The position numbers and the translations under genes were made by a program. 64,000 nt of DNA. Source: an uncultured Chloroflexia bacterium. GTDB lineage: Bacteria; Chloroflexota; Limnocylindria; Limnocylindrales; CSP1-4. The notes under the pieces are model-generated. The model was not told the DNA's origin. It searched no databases and worked only from the letters and a program-made list of their open reading frames with translations. The stretch lies in the NCBI GenBank assembly GCA_963707215.1, contig CAVPPB010000003.1, forward strand, positions 608,001 through 672,000, in the 5' to 3' direction. Below, in pieces: positions 10,457-30,774 of this stretch (positions are counted from its first letter, which is position 1; each line of letters starts with the position of its first letter).

Positions 10457-11005
10457 CTACTTGGCGCCGATCTTGCCGGCCTTGCCGGCCTTTCGGCGGA
10501 TCCTCTCACCGGCATACCGCACGCCCTTGCCCTTGTAGGGCTCCGGCTTGCGGGTCGACCGCACCTTGGCGGCGATCTCGCCGACGAGCTCCTTGTCGAT
10601 GCCGACGACCGCCAGCCGGGTCGGATTCTCGACCTCGAAGCTGATACCGGCCGGCGGATCGATCTCGATCGGGTGGCTGTACCCGAGGTTGAGCTGCAGC
10701 TTGCTGCCCACCAGCGCGGCCCGGTAGCCGACACCGGTGATCTCGAGGCCCTTTCGGTAGCCGTTCGAGACGCCCTCGACCATGTTGGCCACGAGGGTCC
10801 GGGTCAGCCCGTGGAGCTGCTTGTGGACCTTCTGCTCCGTGGGCCGCTCGACGATGATCGAACCGTCGTCCTGGCGCACGGTCATGTCCGGGTGGAGCTC
10901 GCGAGTCAACGTGCCCTTGGGTCCCTTGACGGTGATCCGCCGACCGTCGATCGCGATGTCGACCCCGGACGGGATCTGGATGGGGAGACGACCGATCCGT
11001 GACAT
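10457..11005 (-). CDS. rplF: 50S ribosomal protein uL6
   Basis: [25 protein letters not shown]. Confidence 0.99.
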   Translation of the reverse strand: MSRIGRLPIQIPSGVDIAIDGRRITVKGPKGTLTRELHPDMTVRQDDGSIIVERPTEQKVHKQLHGLTRTLVANMVEGVSNGYRKGLEITGVGYRAALVGSKLQLNLGYSHPIEIDPPAGISFEVENPTRLAVVGIDKELVGEIAAKVRSTRKPEPYKGKGVRYAGERIRRKAGKAGKIGAK

Positions 11006-11012
11006 CGGCGAC

Positions 11013-11411
11013 CTACCAGACGTAGGCGAGGACTTCCCCGCCTAGCTGGGAGCGCTTCGCCTGCGTCCCGGTCATGATCCCCTGGCTGGTGGAGACGATG
11101 ACGATCCCGAGGCCACCAAGGACCCGGGGGATGTCGGTCTTGCGCGCGTAGACGCGCAGTCCGGGCTTGCTGATGCGCTTCAGCCCGGAGACGACCGGCA
11201 CCTTGCCGTCGACGTACTTGAGAGTCAGCACGAGCTGGGCTGCGGGCCCGTCCTGCTGCTCTCGGACGCCGGCGATGAAACCCTCCTCCTGGAGGATGCG
11301 GGCGATCTCACGCTTCACCCGCGAGGCCGGCACGATCACTTCAGTGTGACGGGCTCGGCTCGCGTTGCGGATCCGCGTGAGCATGTCCGCGATCGGATCA
11401 GACATCTGCAT
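11013..11411 (-). CDS. rpsH: 30S ribosomal protein uS8
   Basis: [31 protein letters not shown]. Confidence 0.99.
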   Translation of the reverse strand: MQMSDPIADMLTRIRNASRARHTEVIVPASRVKREIARILQEEGFIAGVREQQDGPAAQLVLTLKYVDGKVPVVSGLKRISKPGLRVYARKTDIPRVLGGLGIVIVSTSQGIMTGTQAKRSQLGGEVLAYVW

Positions 11412-11417
11412 CGCTGC

Positions 11418-11603
11418 TCACCAGCTCGACTTGGTCACGCCAGGCAGCTCACCGCGGAGCGCGCGCTCGCGGAAGCAGATCCGGCACAGCGCGAACCGGC
11501 GCATGTACCCGCGCGGACGCCCGCAGAGGGTGCAGCGGTAGTACGCCCGCACCTCGTGCTTGGGCTTCCGCTTCGCCTTGGCGATCATCGACTTCTTGGC
11601 CAT
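11418..11603 (-). CDS. rpsN: 30S ribosomal protein uS14, short Zn-binding type
   Basis: 61 aa; RC..CGRP, CRICFRE, GELPGV.KSSW. Confidence 0.98.
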   Translation of the reverse strand: MAKKSMIAKAKRKPKHEVRAYYRCTLCGRPRGYMRRFALCRICFRERALRGELPGVTKSSW

Positions 11604-11619
11604 CCGGACTCCTCCCCGC

Positions 11620-12159
11620 CTAGCCGGCGAAGGGCATGCCGAGGAGCTCGAGCAGACGCTTCGACTCCTCGTCGGTCTTCGCCGTCGTCACGATGCTGAT
11701 CTCCAGCCCGCGGAGACGGTCCACCTTGTCGTAGTCGATCTCCGGGAAGGCCAGCTGCTCCCGAAGACCGAGCGAATAGTTGCCGCGCCCGTCGAAGGAC
11801 TTCGAGGGCACCCCCCGGAAGTCACGGATCCGCGGGAGCGCGAGCGTCGTCAGGCGCTCGAGGAAGTCCCACATCCGCTCGCCCCGGAGCGTCACCTTGG
11901 CACCGATCGAGTTGCCCGTCCGGAGCCGGAACTGGGCGATCGACCGGCGAGCCTTGGTCACCACCGGACGCTGGCCGGTGATCATGGACAGGTCGCCCAC
12001 TGCAGCATCGATCGCCTTCGCGTTCGTCAGAGCCTCACCGAGGCCGATGTTGACGACGATCTTGCTGAGACGGGGGACCTCCATCGGGTTCTCGTACCCG
12101 AACTGGTTGGTCAGCGCCGGACCGATCTCGGTCCGATAGCGCTCATGGAGACGGTTCAC
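11620..12159 (-). CDS. rplE: 50S ribosomal protein uL5
   Basis: GTG start; [29 protein letters not shown]. Confidence 0.99.
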   Translation of the reverse strand: MNRLHERYRTEIGPALTNQFGYENPMEVPRLSKIVVNIGLGEALTNAKAIDAAVGDLSMITGQRPVVTKARRSIAQFRLRTGNSIGAKVTLRGERMWDFLERLTTLALPRIRDFRGVPSKSFDGRGNYSLGLREQLAFPEIDYDKVDRLRGLEISIVTTAKTDEESKRLLELLGMPFAG

Positions 12160-12596
12160 GAGCGGGCCTCCAGGGTCTCCCCGCAGCGCTTGCACGCGCG
12201 GACCCGGCGGCCGTTGTCGAGCACGCGGTGGCCGATCCTCGTCGGCTGGTCGCACGAGCGACAGACGACCATCACCCGGCTCGCCGGTAGCGGCTGGGGG
12301 ATGTCGAGGATGCCGCCCTGCTGGACGCGGGGCGCCCGGTCGCTCTGGCTCTGCGTCGGCCTCGGCTTGGTGTGCCGCTTGGCCACGTTGAGGCCCTCGA
12401 CGACGACGTAGACGCCACCCTTGACGGAGGTCCGCCGGTAGACGGTCCGCTGGCCGCTCGGCGAGGGGTTCCGGCGGATGATCCGCTGGACCTCGCCGCG
12501 CCGACCGGCGTCCTTGCCGGTCAGGACGACGACGGTATCGCCTTTCCGGATCTCGGGCACCTTCGTCCGCCCGGTGACGCGCTGGGCAAGGGGCAT
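12156..12596 (-). CDS. rplX: 50S ribosomal protein uL24 (with internal insertion)
   Basis: [16 protein letters not shown] (KOW), VEG.N..KRH.KP, GGI, C..CDQPTR.G. Confidence 0.96.
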   Translation of the reverse strand: MPLAQRVTGRTKVPEIRKGDTVVVLTGKDAGRRGEVQRIIRRNPSPSGQRTVYRRTSVKGGVYVVVEGLNVAKRHTKPRPTQSQSDRAPRVQQGGILDIPQPLPASRVMVVCRSCDQPTRIGHRVLDNGRRVRACKRCGETLEARS

Positions 12597-12964
12597 CACA
12601 GCACCTCCGGCGCGAGCGAGACGATCTTCATGTAGTTGCGGTCGCGCAGCTCGCGGGCGACCGGACCGAAGATCCGGGTCCCCCGCGGGTTGCCCTGGTT
12701 GTTGATGAGCACGGCGGCATTCTCGTCGAAGCGGATGTAGCTGCCGTCGGGACGCCCGTACTCCTTGGCAGTACGGACGATCACGGCCCGGACGACGTCG
12801 CCCTTCTTGACCGGTGCGTTCGGCATCGCCGACTTGACGGCCGCGATGATCACGTCGCCGACCTCGGCGGTGGTCTTCCGGCTCCGGCCCATGATCCGGA
12901 TGCACTCGATCACCTTGGCGCCCGTGTTGTCCGCGACCTTGACGCGGCTCGAGGCCTGGATCAT
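12596..12964 (-). CDS. rplN: 50S ribosomal protein uL14
   Basis: [37 protein letters not shown]. Confidence 0.99.
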   Translation of the reverse strand: MIQASSRVKVADNTGAKVIECIRIMGRSRKTTAEVGDVIIAAVKSAMPNAPVKKGDVVRAVIVRTAKEYGRPDGSYIRFDENAAVLINNQGNPRGTRIFGPVARELRDRNYMKIVSLAPEVL

Positions 12965-13377
12965 TCGCCGCCCTCCGGCGGCGTCACCGTCTCGGCCTCG
13001 GCCTCCGTCGCAGCCTCGCCGTCGCCCTCGCGGACGCGACCCGGGTGCGCCATCGCGTGGATGACCTCGGTCGTCTCGGCTTCCTCGGCCACGATCTCGC
13101 CCGTCACCTCGCCGGCCCGGGCGATGACCCGGACCAGGCGCCAGCGCTTGGTCGCGGACAGGGGCCGGGACTCCTCGATGAGGACGGTGTCGCCCAGGCG
13201 AGCCTCGTTGAGCTCGTCGTGGGCCTTGAACTTGGTCGACAACCGGATGACCCGCTTGTAGAGGCGGTGTCGGGCCAGGCGCTCGACCGCGACGACGATG
13301 GTCTTGTCCATCTTGTCGCTGACGACGCGGCCGACCTTGGTCTTCCGCTTGCTGCTCACTGCCGTTGTGGTCGTCAT
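12961..13377 (-). CDS. rpsQ: 30S ribosomal protein uS17 with acidic C-terminal tail
   Basis: [29 protein letters not shown]. Confidence 0.98.
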   Translation of the reverse strand: MTTTTAVSSKRKTKVGRVVSDKMDKTIVVAVERLARHRLYKRVIRLSTKFKAHDELNEARLGDTVLIEESRPLSATKRWRLVRVIARAGEVTGEIVAEEAETTEVIHAMAHPGRVREGDGEAATEAEAETVTPPEGGE

Positions 13378-13391
13378 CGCGTGATCTCCCG

Positions 13392-13598
13392 TCACGCCGT
13401 CTCGACGCGCTCGCGCAGGCGCTCGCGCTGGACGGTCAGGATCCGCGCGATCCTTCGCCGCGTCTGCGGGATCGTGCTGTAGTCCTTGAGCTGTCGGGTC
13501 GACAGGGCGAAGCGCGCAGCCCAGAGCGCCTGCTTGGCCTCGACGAGCTCATCGGCGAGCTCCTTGTCGGAGAGCGCACGGACCTTATCGATGTCCAT
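13392..13598 (-). CDS. rpmC: 50S ribosomal protein uL29
   Basis: [14 protein letters not shown]...RF...QL....I...RRRIARILT. Confidence 0.96.
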   Translation of the reverse strand: MDIDKVRALSDKELADELVEAKQALWAARFALSTRQLKDYSTIPQTRRRIARILTVQRERLRERVETA

Positions 13599-14023
13599 CG
13601 GCGGCCTCCCGGTGTCCGTGCCTTGACGACGACGCGCGTCGCCACGGGGAGTTTGTGACTGGCGAGCCGCATCGCCTCGCGGGCCTGGGCCTCGTCGACA
13701 CCCGCCATCTCGAACAGGATCCGGCCGGGCTTGACGACGGCCACCCAGTGGTCGGGGGCGCCCTTGCCCGAGCCCATCCGGGTCTCGGCGGGCTTCTTGG
13801 TCGCCGGCTTGTCGGGGAAGATCCGGATCCAGATCTTGCCGCCTCGGCGGACCGACCGGGTCATCGCCCGTCGGGCGGCCTCGATCTGCCGGCTGGTGAT
13901 CCAGGCCGGCTCGGTCGTGGCAAGGCCGTACTCGCCGAAAGCGACGCTGTGGCCGCCCTTGGCGAGGCCCGACATGCGGCCGCGCATGACCTTGCGGTGC
14001 TTGACTCGTCGGGGCATCAGCAT
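13585..14023 (-). CDS. rplP: 50S ribosomal protein uL16 (apparent +1 indel near the 3' end)
   Basis: [33 protein letters not shown]. Removing one base near 13608 restores a stop at 13585; as written the ORF runs to 13436. Confidence 0.96.
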
Positions 14024-14026
14024 GGC

Positions 14027-14702
14027 TCAGGACCCTCCGCCGGACGTGCCGCCGGCCACGGGCGGGGTGGCCCGCTCGACGGCGTGGTCGCCGCGGTAGA
14101 TCCAGACCTTGACGCCGATCCGGCCGTAGGTCGTGTGCGCGTGGACCTGGCCGTAGCTGATGTCCGCTCGCAGGGTGCCGAGTGGGATGCGTCCCTCGCG
14201 GTCCCACTCCCGGCGGCCCATCTCGGACCCACCGAGGCGGCCGGCAACGGCCATCCGGACGCCCTTGGCGCCGGCCTTCATCGAGCGCTGGATCGACTGC
14301 TTGATCGCCTTGCGGAAGGCGATCCGGCGGGACAGCTGCCGCGGCGATGTTGGCGGCCACCAGCTGCGCGTCGAGCTCGGGCTGGCGGATCTCGCGGATC
14401 TCGAGCTTCACCTTGCGCTGGGACAGTGCGCCCAGCTGCTGGCGGAGCAGCTCGACGTTCGCGCCGCCCTTGCCGATGACGATGCCCGGCTTGGCGGTAT
14501 GGACGGTGACCGTCACGTGGTTGATGCCGCGCTCGATCTCGACCCGGCTGACGCTGGCATTGGCCAGCCGGCGCTCGACCAGCTGGCGGATGGCCAGGTC
14601 CTCCTTGAGCAGGTCGGTGTACTCCTTGTCGGCGTACCACTTGGCGGTCCAGGTCCGAGTCGTGCCCAGCCGGAAGCCGTACGGGTGGACCTTGTGACCC
14701 AT
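14027..14702 (-). CDS. rpsC: 30S ribosomal protein uS3 (frameshifted near 14340, probable sequence error)
   Basis: [13 protein letters not shown] and KH motif PGIVIGKGG in one frame; GRLGG.E..R, PL.TLRADI, T.YG.IG.KVWI in another. Confidence 0.96.
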
Positions 14703-14705
14703 CGC

Positions 14706-15044
14706 TCAGACCTCCTGATCCCCGACGACGACCGTGATGTGCGTCATCGGCTTGTGGATCGGGAAGGCCCGACCCTGGGCGCGCGGCCGCCAGCGCTTGA
14801 TCGTCGGGCCCTCGTTGGCGTGCGCCTCGACGACGACCAGGTCGTCGGCGGACAGGTTGTGGTTGTTCTCGGCGTTGGCGGCGGCGCTCTGGAGCACCTT
14901 GGCGACGTCGCGGCGGCGTGCTGCGGCATGAACCGGAGGAGGGCGACGGCCTCCTCCACCCGCTTGCCCTGGATCGACCTGGGTCACCAGGCGGGCCTTG
15001 CGGGTCGAGCCGCGGAGGTACTTGGCGGTGGCGGATACACGCAC
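14706..15044 (-). CDS. rplV: 50S ribosomal protein uL22 (compensating indels)
   Basis: [29 protein letters not shown]; the central part reads in an alternate frame ([11 protein letters not shown]). Confidence 0.95.
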   Translation of the reverse strand: MRVSATAKYLRGSTRKARLVTQVDPGQAGGGGRRPPPVHAAARRRDVAKVLQSAAANAENNHNLSADDLVVVEAHANEGPTIKRWRPRAQGRAFPIHKPMTHITVVVGDQEV

Positions 15045-15057
15045 GATCGTCCGGCTC

Positions 15058-15344
15058 CTACTTGACGCCGGCGCGACGATCGGTGTGCTTGCCGTGCCCG
15101 CGGTAGGTGCGGGTCGGGCGCGAACTCGCCGAGGCGGTGGCCGACCATGTTCTCGGTCACGTAGACCGGGACGTGCTTCCGGCCGTTGTAGACCGCGATC
15201 GTGTGGCCGATGAAGTCGGGGAAGATGACCGACGGCGCGAGACCAGGTCCGGACGACCTTCTTCTCGTTCTGCTTGTTCATCTCCTGGACGCGGCCGAGG
15301 AGCCGCGCCTCGACGAACGGTCCCTTCTTGACCGAACGCGACAT
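15058..15344 (-). CDS. rpsS: 30S ribosomal protein uS19 (frameshifted)
   Basis: [16 protein letters not shown]; [15 protein letters not shown] and MVGHRLGEF in a shifted frame. Confidence 0.95.
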
Positions 15345-15363
15345 GCTGCTCGTCTCCTCCGCG

Positions 15364-16202
15364 CTACTTGCGCTGCCGCGACCGGACGATCGATCCGGCC
15401 GGTGGTCTTGTTGCGTACGGGTGCGGTAGCCCATCGCCGGCTTGCCCCAGGGTGTCTTGGGCGGCATGCCCGTCGGCGACTTGCCCTCGCCACCGCCGTG
15501 CGGATGGTCGCGCGGGGTCATGGCCACGCCGCGGGTCTCGGGTCGGCGGCCCAGGTGCCGCGCCCGCGCCGGCCTTGCCGAGGCTCTGGTTCTCGTGGTC
15601 GAGGTTGCTCACCTGACCGACCGTTGCCATGCACCGGATCGGCGACTCGGCGGACCTCGCCCGACGGGCAGGCGCATCTGGGGCGTAGTCGCCCTCCTTG
15701 GCGAGCAGCTGGGCCGAGGTGCCGGCCGAGCGGACGATCTGGCCGCCCTTGCCGGGCACGAGCTCGATGTTGTGGATCGTCGTGCCGAGCGGGATGTTGC
15801 GCGAGCGGCAGGGCGTTGCCGACCCGTGCCTCGGCCGACGGGCCCGCCACGACGACGTCACCGACCTTCAGCCCGTTCGGCAGCGAGCATGTAGCGCTTC
15901 TCGCCGTCGACGTAGTGGAGCAGGCCGATCCGGGCCGAGCGGTTGGGGTCGTACTCGATCGTCGCCAGCTCTGGCCGGGACTCCCGATCTTGTCGCGCTT
16001 GAAGTCGATCCGCCGGTAGTGGCGCTTCTCGCCGCCGCCGCGATGACGGACGGTGATCCGGCCGTCCGAGTTCCGGCCCGGCCGCCGCTTCTGGGGCTCC
16101 AGCAGCGGCTTGTACGGCTCGCTCGGTCGTGATCTCCTCGAAGGTCGAGCGGGTCATGAACCGGCGACCGGGCGAGGTCGGCTTGTAGGAGCGGAGCGGC
16201 AT
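15364..16202 (-). CDS. rplB: 50S ribosomal protein uL2 (multiple indels)
   Basis: [45 protein letters not shown] spread across frames. Confidence 0.95.
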
Positions 16203-16204
16203 CG

Positions 16205-16515
16205 TCAGACCCCCTCGAAGAACTCGATCTTCTGGCCGGGAGCCAGGGTGACGACGGCCTTCCGCCAGGGCGAGGTGTAGCCCGATGACGCGGCCGCGCC
16301 GCGTGCCGCGACGCTTCTCCTTCGCCTTCTGGGTCAGGACGTTGACCTTGACGACGGTGACCTTGTCGTAGAGCGCCTCGACCGCCGCCTTGATCTGGAT
16401 CTTGTTGGCGTCCGCGTGGACGGCGAAGGTGTACTTGCCGCGTTCCGACTCGTCGATCGACTTCTCGCTGATGACCGGTCGGAGGATGATCTCCGGGGCC
16501 GTCAGGCACGCTCAC
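16205..16515 (-). CDS. rplW: 50S ribosomal protein uL23 (indels)
   Basis: Manual translation: [32 protein letters not shown]. Confidence 0.92.
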
Positions 16516-17146
16516 GCGTACACCTCCTCCATCCGCCGGATCGCCGGTGCCTCGATGAGCACCAGGTCGGCCTTGAGCAGGTCGACGACGTTGAGCGAGT
16601 CGGCGAGCAGGACCTCGACACGCGGCAGGTTGCGGGCCGACAGCTCGAGCGTCTCGTCGCGGCCGGGAGCGACCAGCAGCACCCGGCGGCCCTGCCGTTG
16701 CCACCACCGAGGGCCTCGAGCGAGGCGACCAGGTCGCGGGTCCGGAAGGCCTCGGGGCCGAGGTCGTCGACGACCCGGATAGCGTCGTCGTCGAGCTTGG
16801 CGGTCAGCGCGCCGCGGAGCGCCAGGCGCTTCATCTTCCGTGGCAGGCGCTGCTCGTAGGACCGTGGATGCGGTCCGAACACGGCGCCGCCGCCGGCGTA
16901 GTGAGGCGCGGAGCGCGAACCCTGGCGGGCGCGCCCGGTGCCCTTCTGGCGGTACGGCTTGCGGCCGCCGCCGCGCACTTCGCCTCGGGTCTTGGTGTCG
17001 TGGGTGCCGATCCGCCGGGCGGCGAGCTGGGCCGTGACGACCTGGTGGATGACGGCCTCGTTGACCGGCGCCGCGAAGAGCGCGTCCGGCAACTCGACGG
17101 AGCCGACCGATGCCCCGGTGCGGTCGTACAGGGTGATCTCAGGCAT
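16512..17146 (-). CDS. rplD: 50S ribosomal protein uL4 (indel near 16690)
   Basis: TKTRGEVRGGGRKPYRQKGTGRARQGS, GGG.VFGP.PR. Confidence 0.96.
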
Positions 17147-17148
17147 CG

Positions 17149-17756
17149 TCAGGCCTTCCTCACGAGGACGAGCGTGCCGCGGGCGCCGGGCACGCTCCCC
17201 GCACCAGCAGGAGGTTGCGCTCGGCGTCGGCCCGGACGACCTGCAGCTTGCGGATGGTCGTCTGCTGGGCGCCCTTGTGGCCGGCCATCCGCAGACCGCG
17301 GTAGACCCGGCCCGGCGTCGTGCCCGGACCGATGGAGCCAGGCTTCCGGTAGTTGTCGGAACCATGGGTCTTGGGGCCGCGCTTGAAGTGGTGGCGCTTC
17401 ACCGTGCCGGCGAAGCCACCGCCCTTGGAGACGCCGGTGACATCGACCATCTCACCGGAGGCGAAGAGGTCCACGCCGAGCGTCTGGCCGACCTCGAACT
17501 CGTCGACGGACTCGACCCGGAACTCGCGCATGGCGGCGACCTGGGGCAGGCCCTTGAGCTGCCCGGCCACCGGCTTGGTGAGTCGCCGAGCCTGGCCGGC
17601 CCCGAGCTGCACGGCCGTGTAGCCGTCGCGATCCGACGTCCGGAGGCGGGTGACGGTGTTGGGCGTGATCTCCAGCACGCTGACGGGGACCATCGTCCCG
17701 TCATCGGCGAAGAGCTGGGTCATGCCGACCTTGCGGCCGATCAATCCGATGCTCAT
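17149..17756 (-). CDS. rplC: 50S ribosomal protein uL3 (indel near 17195)
   Basis: [35 protein letters not shown]. Confidence 0.96.
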
Positions 17757-17763
17757 CGGCCGG

Positions 17764-18072
17764 TCACATCTTGATCTCGATGTCGACACCCGCGGCCAGC
17801 GAGAGTCGCATCAGGGCGTCGATCGTCTTCGACGACGGGTCGAGGATGTCGATCAGGCGCTTGTGGGTCCGGATCTCGAACTGCTCCCGGCTGTCCTTGT
17901 CGATGAAGGGCGACCGGAGCACGGTGAACTTCTCGATCCGGGTCGGGAGCGGCACCGGGCCCACGACGTCGGCCCCGGTCCGCTGGGCGGTCTCGACGAT
18001 CTGCGAGGCCGACTGATCCAGCAGCCGGTGGTCGTACGCCTTGAGGCGGATCCTGATCCGCTGCTTCGCCAT
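17764..18072 (-). CDS. rpsJ: 30S ribosomal protein uS10
   Basis: [31 protein letters not shown]. Confidence 0.99.
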   Translation of the reverse strand: MAKQRIRIRLKAYDHRLLDQSASQIVETAQRTGADVVGPVPLPTRIEKFTVLRSPFIDKDSREQFEIRTHKRLIDILDPSSKTIDALMRLSLAAGVDIEIKM

Positions 18073-18078
18073 GGCGCC

Positions 18079-19275
<1,197 letters not shown>

Positions 19276-19324
19276 CGGTCGGGAAGCTCCTTGCTCCTTG
19301 CGGTGACGGTCCGGGGCGACCGGC

Positions 19325-21400
19325 TCAGACCTTGCTCTTGGCGACGAGTTCCGCCGCGATGCTCGCGGGGACCTCGGCGTAGTGGGACAGCTCCATGGAG
19401 TAGCTGGCGCGACCCTGGGTCATCGACCGCAGATCCGTCGCGTAGCCGAACATCTCGGCCAGGGGCACGAAGGACCGGACGACCTGGGTCGAACCCCGGG
19501 AGTCCATCCCTTCGATGTGACCGCGCCGACTGTTGAGGTCGCCGATGACGTCGCCCATGTACTCCTCGGGCATCGTCACCTCGACCCGCATCATCGGCTC
19601 GAGAACGGTCGGACTGGCCTTCTCGACGGCGGCCTTGACGGCCATCGAGCCGGCGATCTTGAAGGCCATCTCCGACGAATCGACCTCGTGGTACGAACCG
19701 TCGTGGACGGTCGCCTTGACGTCGACCATCGGGTAGCCGGCGTAGATGCCGGTGTTGAGGGCCTCCTGGATGCCATTGTCGATCGCCCGCATGTACTCGC
19801 GCGGGATCGTCCCCCCGACGATCTTGTCGACGAACTCGTAGCCGGCGCCCTTCTGGTTGGGCTCGAGGGTCAGGATGACGTGACCGTACTGACCCTTGCC
19901 TCCGGTCTGGCGGACGAAGCGGCCGTTGCCCTCGGCGGCCCGGCGGATCGTCTCCCGGTAGGAGACCTGGGGCTTGCCGATGTTGGCAGCCACCTTGAAC
20001 TCGCGGGTCATCCGGTCGACCAGGACGTCGAGGTGGAGCTCGCCCATCCCGGCGATCCGGGTCTGGCCGGACTCCTCGTCGGTCGAGACCCGGAAGGTCG
20101 GGTCCTCCTCGGCCAGGCGCTGGAGGGCGATGGCCATCTTGTCCTGGTCGGCCTTGGTCTTCGGCTCGATCGCGACCTCGATCACCGGCTCGGGGAAGGT
20201 CATCGATTCGAGGATGACCGGGTGCTCCGGCTCGGCAAGCGTGTCGCCGGTGAAGGTCTCCTTGAGCCCGACCGCCGCCGCGATGTCGCCCGCGTGGACC
20301 TCGGCGATCTCCTCACGGTGGTTGGCGTGCATCTGGAGGATGCGCCCGATGCGCTCCTTCTTGCCCTTGGTGGCGTTGAGGACATACGAGCCGCTCTTCA
20401 ACGTCCCCGAGTAGACCCGGAAGTAGGCCAGCTTCCCGACGAACGGGTCGGCGGCGATCTTGAAGGCCAGGCCGGCGAAGGGCTCGCTGTCGTCGACCGT
20501 CCGGAGCACCTCGGCATGGGTCCGCGGGTCCTCGCCGATGACGGGCGGGACGTCGAGCGGCGACGGCAGGTAGGCGACGACCGCGTCGAGCATCGGCTGG
20601 ACGCCCTTGTTCTTCAGGGCGGAGCCGCACAGGGTCGGGACGATGCGGTACTGAAGGGTGCCGAGGCGGAGCCCGTGGACGATGTCATCCTCGGTCAGCT
20701 CCTCGCCCTCGAGGAACTTGTGGGTAAGGTCGTCGTCGACCTCGGCCACCAGTTCGATCATCCGCTCGCGGTAGCGGGCTGCCTCGTCGGCCAGGTCGGC
20801 CGGGATGTCGGTCTCCTCGAACGTCGAGCCCAGGTCGTCGCTCCAGACGATCGCCCGCATCCGGACGAGGTCGATGACGCCCTTGAAGGTGTCCTCCGAG
20901 CCGATGGGGATCTGGATCGGCACCGGGGTCGCGCCAAGACGGTCGCGGATCATCTCGACGCAGCGCCAGTAGTCGGCGCCGGTCCGGTCGAGCTTGTTGA
21001 TGAAGCAGATCCGTGGCACGCGGTAGCGGTCGGCCTGCCGCCAGACCGTCTCCGACTGGGGCTCCACACCCGCGACACCGTCGAACACGACGACCGCTCC
21101 ATCGAGGACGCGGAGGCTCCGCTCGACCTCGACCGTGAAGTCCACGTGCCCGGGCGTATCGATGATGTTGATACGATGGTCGCCCCAGAAGGCGGTGGTG
21201 GCCGCCGCGGTGATGGTGATGCCCCGCTCCTGCTCCTGGGGCATCCAGTCCATCGTGGCGGCACCTTCGTGGACCTCGCCGAGCTTGTAGATCTTCTTCG
21301 TGTAGAAGAGGATCCGCTCGGTGACCGTGGTCTTGCCGGCGTCGATGTGGGCGATGATCCCGATGTTGCGGGTGCGACCGAGGGAGACGGGTCGGGCCAC
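19325..21400 (-). CDS. fusA: Elongation factor G
   Basis: [41 protein letters not shown]. Confidence 0.99.
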   Translation of the reverse strand: MARPVSLGRTRNIGIIAHIDAGKTTVTERILFYTKKIYKLGEVHEGAATMDWMPQEQERGITITAAATTAFWGDHRINIIDTPGHVDFTVEVERSLRVLDGAVVVFDGVAGVEPQSETVWRQADRYRVPRICFINKLDRTGADYWRCVEMIRDRLGATPVPIQIPIGSEDTFKGVIDLVRMRAIVWSDDLGSTFEETDIPADLADEAARYRERMIELVAEVDDDLTHKFLEGEELTEDDIVHGLRLGTLQYRIVPTLCGSALKNKGVQPMLDAVVAYLPSPLDVPPVIGEDPRTHAEVLRTVDDSEPFAGLAFKIAADPFVGKLAYFRVYSGTLKSGSYVLNATKGKKERIGRILQMHANHREEIAEVHAGDIAAAVGLKETFTGDTLAEPEHPVILESMTFPEPVIEVAIEPKTKADQDKMAIALQRLAEEDPTFRVSTDEESGQTRIAGMGELHLDVLVDRMTREFKVAANIGKPQVSYRETIRRAAEGNGRFVRQTGGKGQYGHVILTLEPNQKGAGYEFVDKIVGGTIPREYMRAIDNGIQEALNTGIYAGYPMVDVKATVHDGSYHEVDSSEMAFKIAGSMAVKAAVEKASPTVLEPMMRVEVTMPEEYMGDVIGDLNSRRGHIEGMDSRGSTQVVRSFVPLAEMFGYATDLRSMTQGRASYSMELSHYAEVPASIAAELVAKSKV

Positions 21401-21405
21401 GGTGA

Positions 21406-21873
21406 CTACCAGCGGAAGTGGCTGAAGGCCTTGTTGGCCTCGGCCATCTTGTGGGTGTCCTCGCGACGCTTCACCGCCGCGCCGAGGCCGTTCGACGCGT
21501 CGACGAACTCCGCCGCGAGCTTCTCGCCCATGCTCTTGCCGCTCCGCTTCCGGGCGGCCTGGACGAGCCAGCGGACGCCGAGCGACATCCGACGATCGCC
21601 GCGGATCTCGACCGGGACCTGGTAGGTGGCACCACCGACCCGCCGCGGCTTGACCTCGATGATCGGGGTCGCGTTCCGCATGGCCGCCTCGAGGACCTCG
21701 AGGCCGGGGCGACCCGACTGGGCCTCGGCGCGCGCCAGGGCCTGGCGGAGGATGCGGTCGGCCAGGTGCTTCTTGCCCCGCACCATGAGCTTCGCGGTGA
21801 AGCGAGCGGTCGTCCGGTTGGCCGGGACCTGCTCGTACTTCGTCTTGCGGGGGATGGACTGGCGGCGCGGCAT
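21406..21873 (-). CDS. rpsG: 30S ribosomal protein uS7
   Basis: [31 protein letters not shown]; N-terminal third is divergent. Confidence 0.98.
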   Translation of the reverse strand: MPRRQSIPRKTKYEQVPANRTTARFTAKLMVRGKKHLADRILRQALARAEAQSGRPGLEVLEAAMRNATPIIEVKPRRVGGATYQVPVEIRGDRRMSLGVRWLVQAARKRSGKSMGEKLAAEFVDASNGLGAAVKRREDTHKMAEANKAFSHFRW

Positions 21874-21880
21874 GGTCGCT

Positions 21881-22312
21881 CTACCTCTGGCCCGTTGGCG
21901 TCGGGTTCGCCTTGGCGCCGTACTTGCTGCGGCCTTGCCTCCGGTCGCGCACGCCGGCCGCGTCGAGGGTTCCGCGGATGATGTGGTACTTGACCGACGG
22001 CAGGTCCTTCACCCGGCCGCCGCGGACGAGGACCACCGAGTGCTCCTGCAGGTTGTGGCCGATGCCGGGGATGTAGGCGGTGACCTCCATCTGGTTCGAC
22101 AGACGGACGCGGGCGATCTTGCGGAGGGCCGAGTTCGGCTTCTTGGGCGTCATCGTCCGGACCTGCAGGCAGACGCCACGCTTCTGCGGGGCGCCCGGGA
22201 TGGGCACCTGGCGCCGCTTGAGGCTGTTCCAGTTCTTGCGCATGGCGGGCGCCTTGATCTTGGAGATCTTGGGCTGGCGGCCCTTGCGCACGAGCTGGCT
22301 GATCGTCGGCAC
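21881..22312 (-). CDS. rpsL: 30S ribosomal protein uS12
   Basis: GTG start [11 protein letters not shown]; [32 protein letters not shown]. Confidence 0.99.
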   Translation of the reverse strand: MPTISQLVRKGRQPKISKIKAPAMRKNWNSLKRRQVPIPGAPQKRGVCLQVRTMTPKKPNSALRKIARVRLSNQMEVTAYIPGIGHNLQEHSVVLVRGGRVKDLPSVKYHIIRGTLDAAGVRDRRQGRSKYGAKANPTPTGQR

Positions 22313-22446
22313 GACGATGCGACTCCTTTCGATCACCTGTGGTGTGGTTGGTCCGGCGCATCCCACCGTCCGATGGGCGGTCCCGGATCCGCGACGAGAG
22401 CCGGGGCACGAGGAGCCCACGACCCCCTTCGAGGCCACGAGCGCGG

Positions 22447-22475
22447 AGTGTAGCAGCGGCCCTTCGGACCGTCAA
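22447..22475 (-). promoter_or_regulatory. sigma70 promoter of the str/S10/spc superoperon
   Basis: TTGACG-N17-TACACT with extended -10 TG, immediately after the rpoC terminator hairpin. Confidence 0.75.
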
Positions 22476-22480
22476 ACGAG

Positions 22481-22507
22481 CGGGAGCCCCGCCTGGCGGG
22501 GCTCCCG
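22481..22507 (-). terminator. Terminator hairpin after rpoC
   Basis: 12-bp perfect stem CGGGAGCCCCGC/GCGGGGCTCCCG starting 8 nt after the stop; weak U-tract. Confidence 0.7.
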
Positions 22508-22514
22508 ATGGCGA

Positions 22515-27002
<4,488 letters not shown>

Positions 27003-27113
27003 CGGTCTCCTCTGCGTCGTCGCCTGGCTCGACGACGCGGTGCGCGGCGGGGGCGGACGGCGCCGGATCGAGCCGGATCCGGAGCCGTGGGGCGATCGGG
27101 TCGGTCGGCTGCA

Positions 27114-30647
<3,534 letters not shown>

Positions 30648-30700
30648 GAACCGCTCCTTGGCGGAGGTAGGGGGAAAGGGCCGCGCTCACAGAACACAAA

Positions 30701-30728
30701 AGGATACCGCCCCCGGGCCATCTGTCAA
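30701..30728 (-). promoter_or_regulatory. sigma70 promoter of rpoBC
   Basis: TTGACA-N16-TATCCT between rplL and rpoB. Confidence 0.7.
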
Positions 30729-30774
30729 GCGACCCGGGGGCGGCATCAGGGTGCGCGTCGCCGGCGCGAGCGTC

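Noticed and set aside
13392-14702. Apparent uS3-uL29 fusion ORF (436 aa), and similar chimeric ORFs at 14706-15527
   Set aside because: Produced by indels joining frames; each gene has its own start.
13600-17200. Pseudogenised or recoded ribosomal protein operon
   Set aside because: Essential genes with intact motifs, no nonsense decay and no slippery sites; the clustered indels fit sequencing error.
22200-22250. Insertion in uS12 ([13 protein letters not shown])
   Set aside because: Well-known S12 indel shared with Firmicutes and other phyla.
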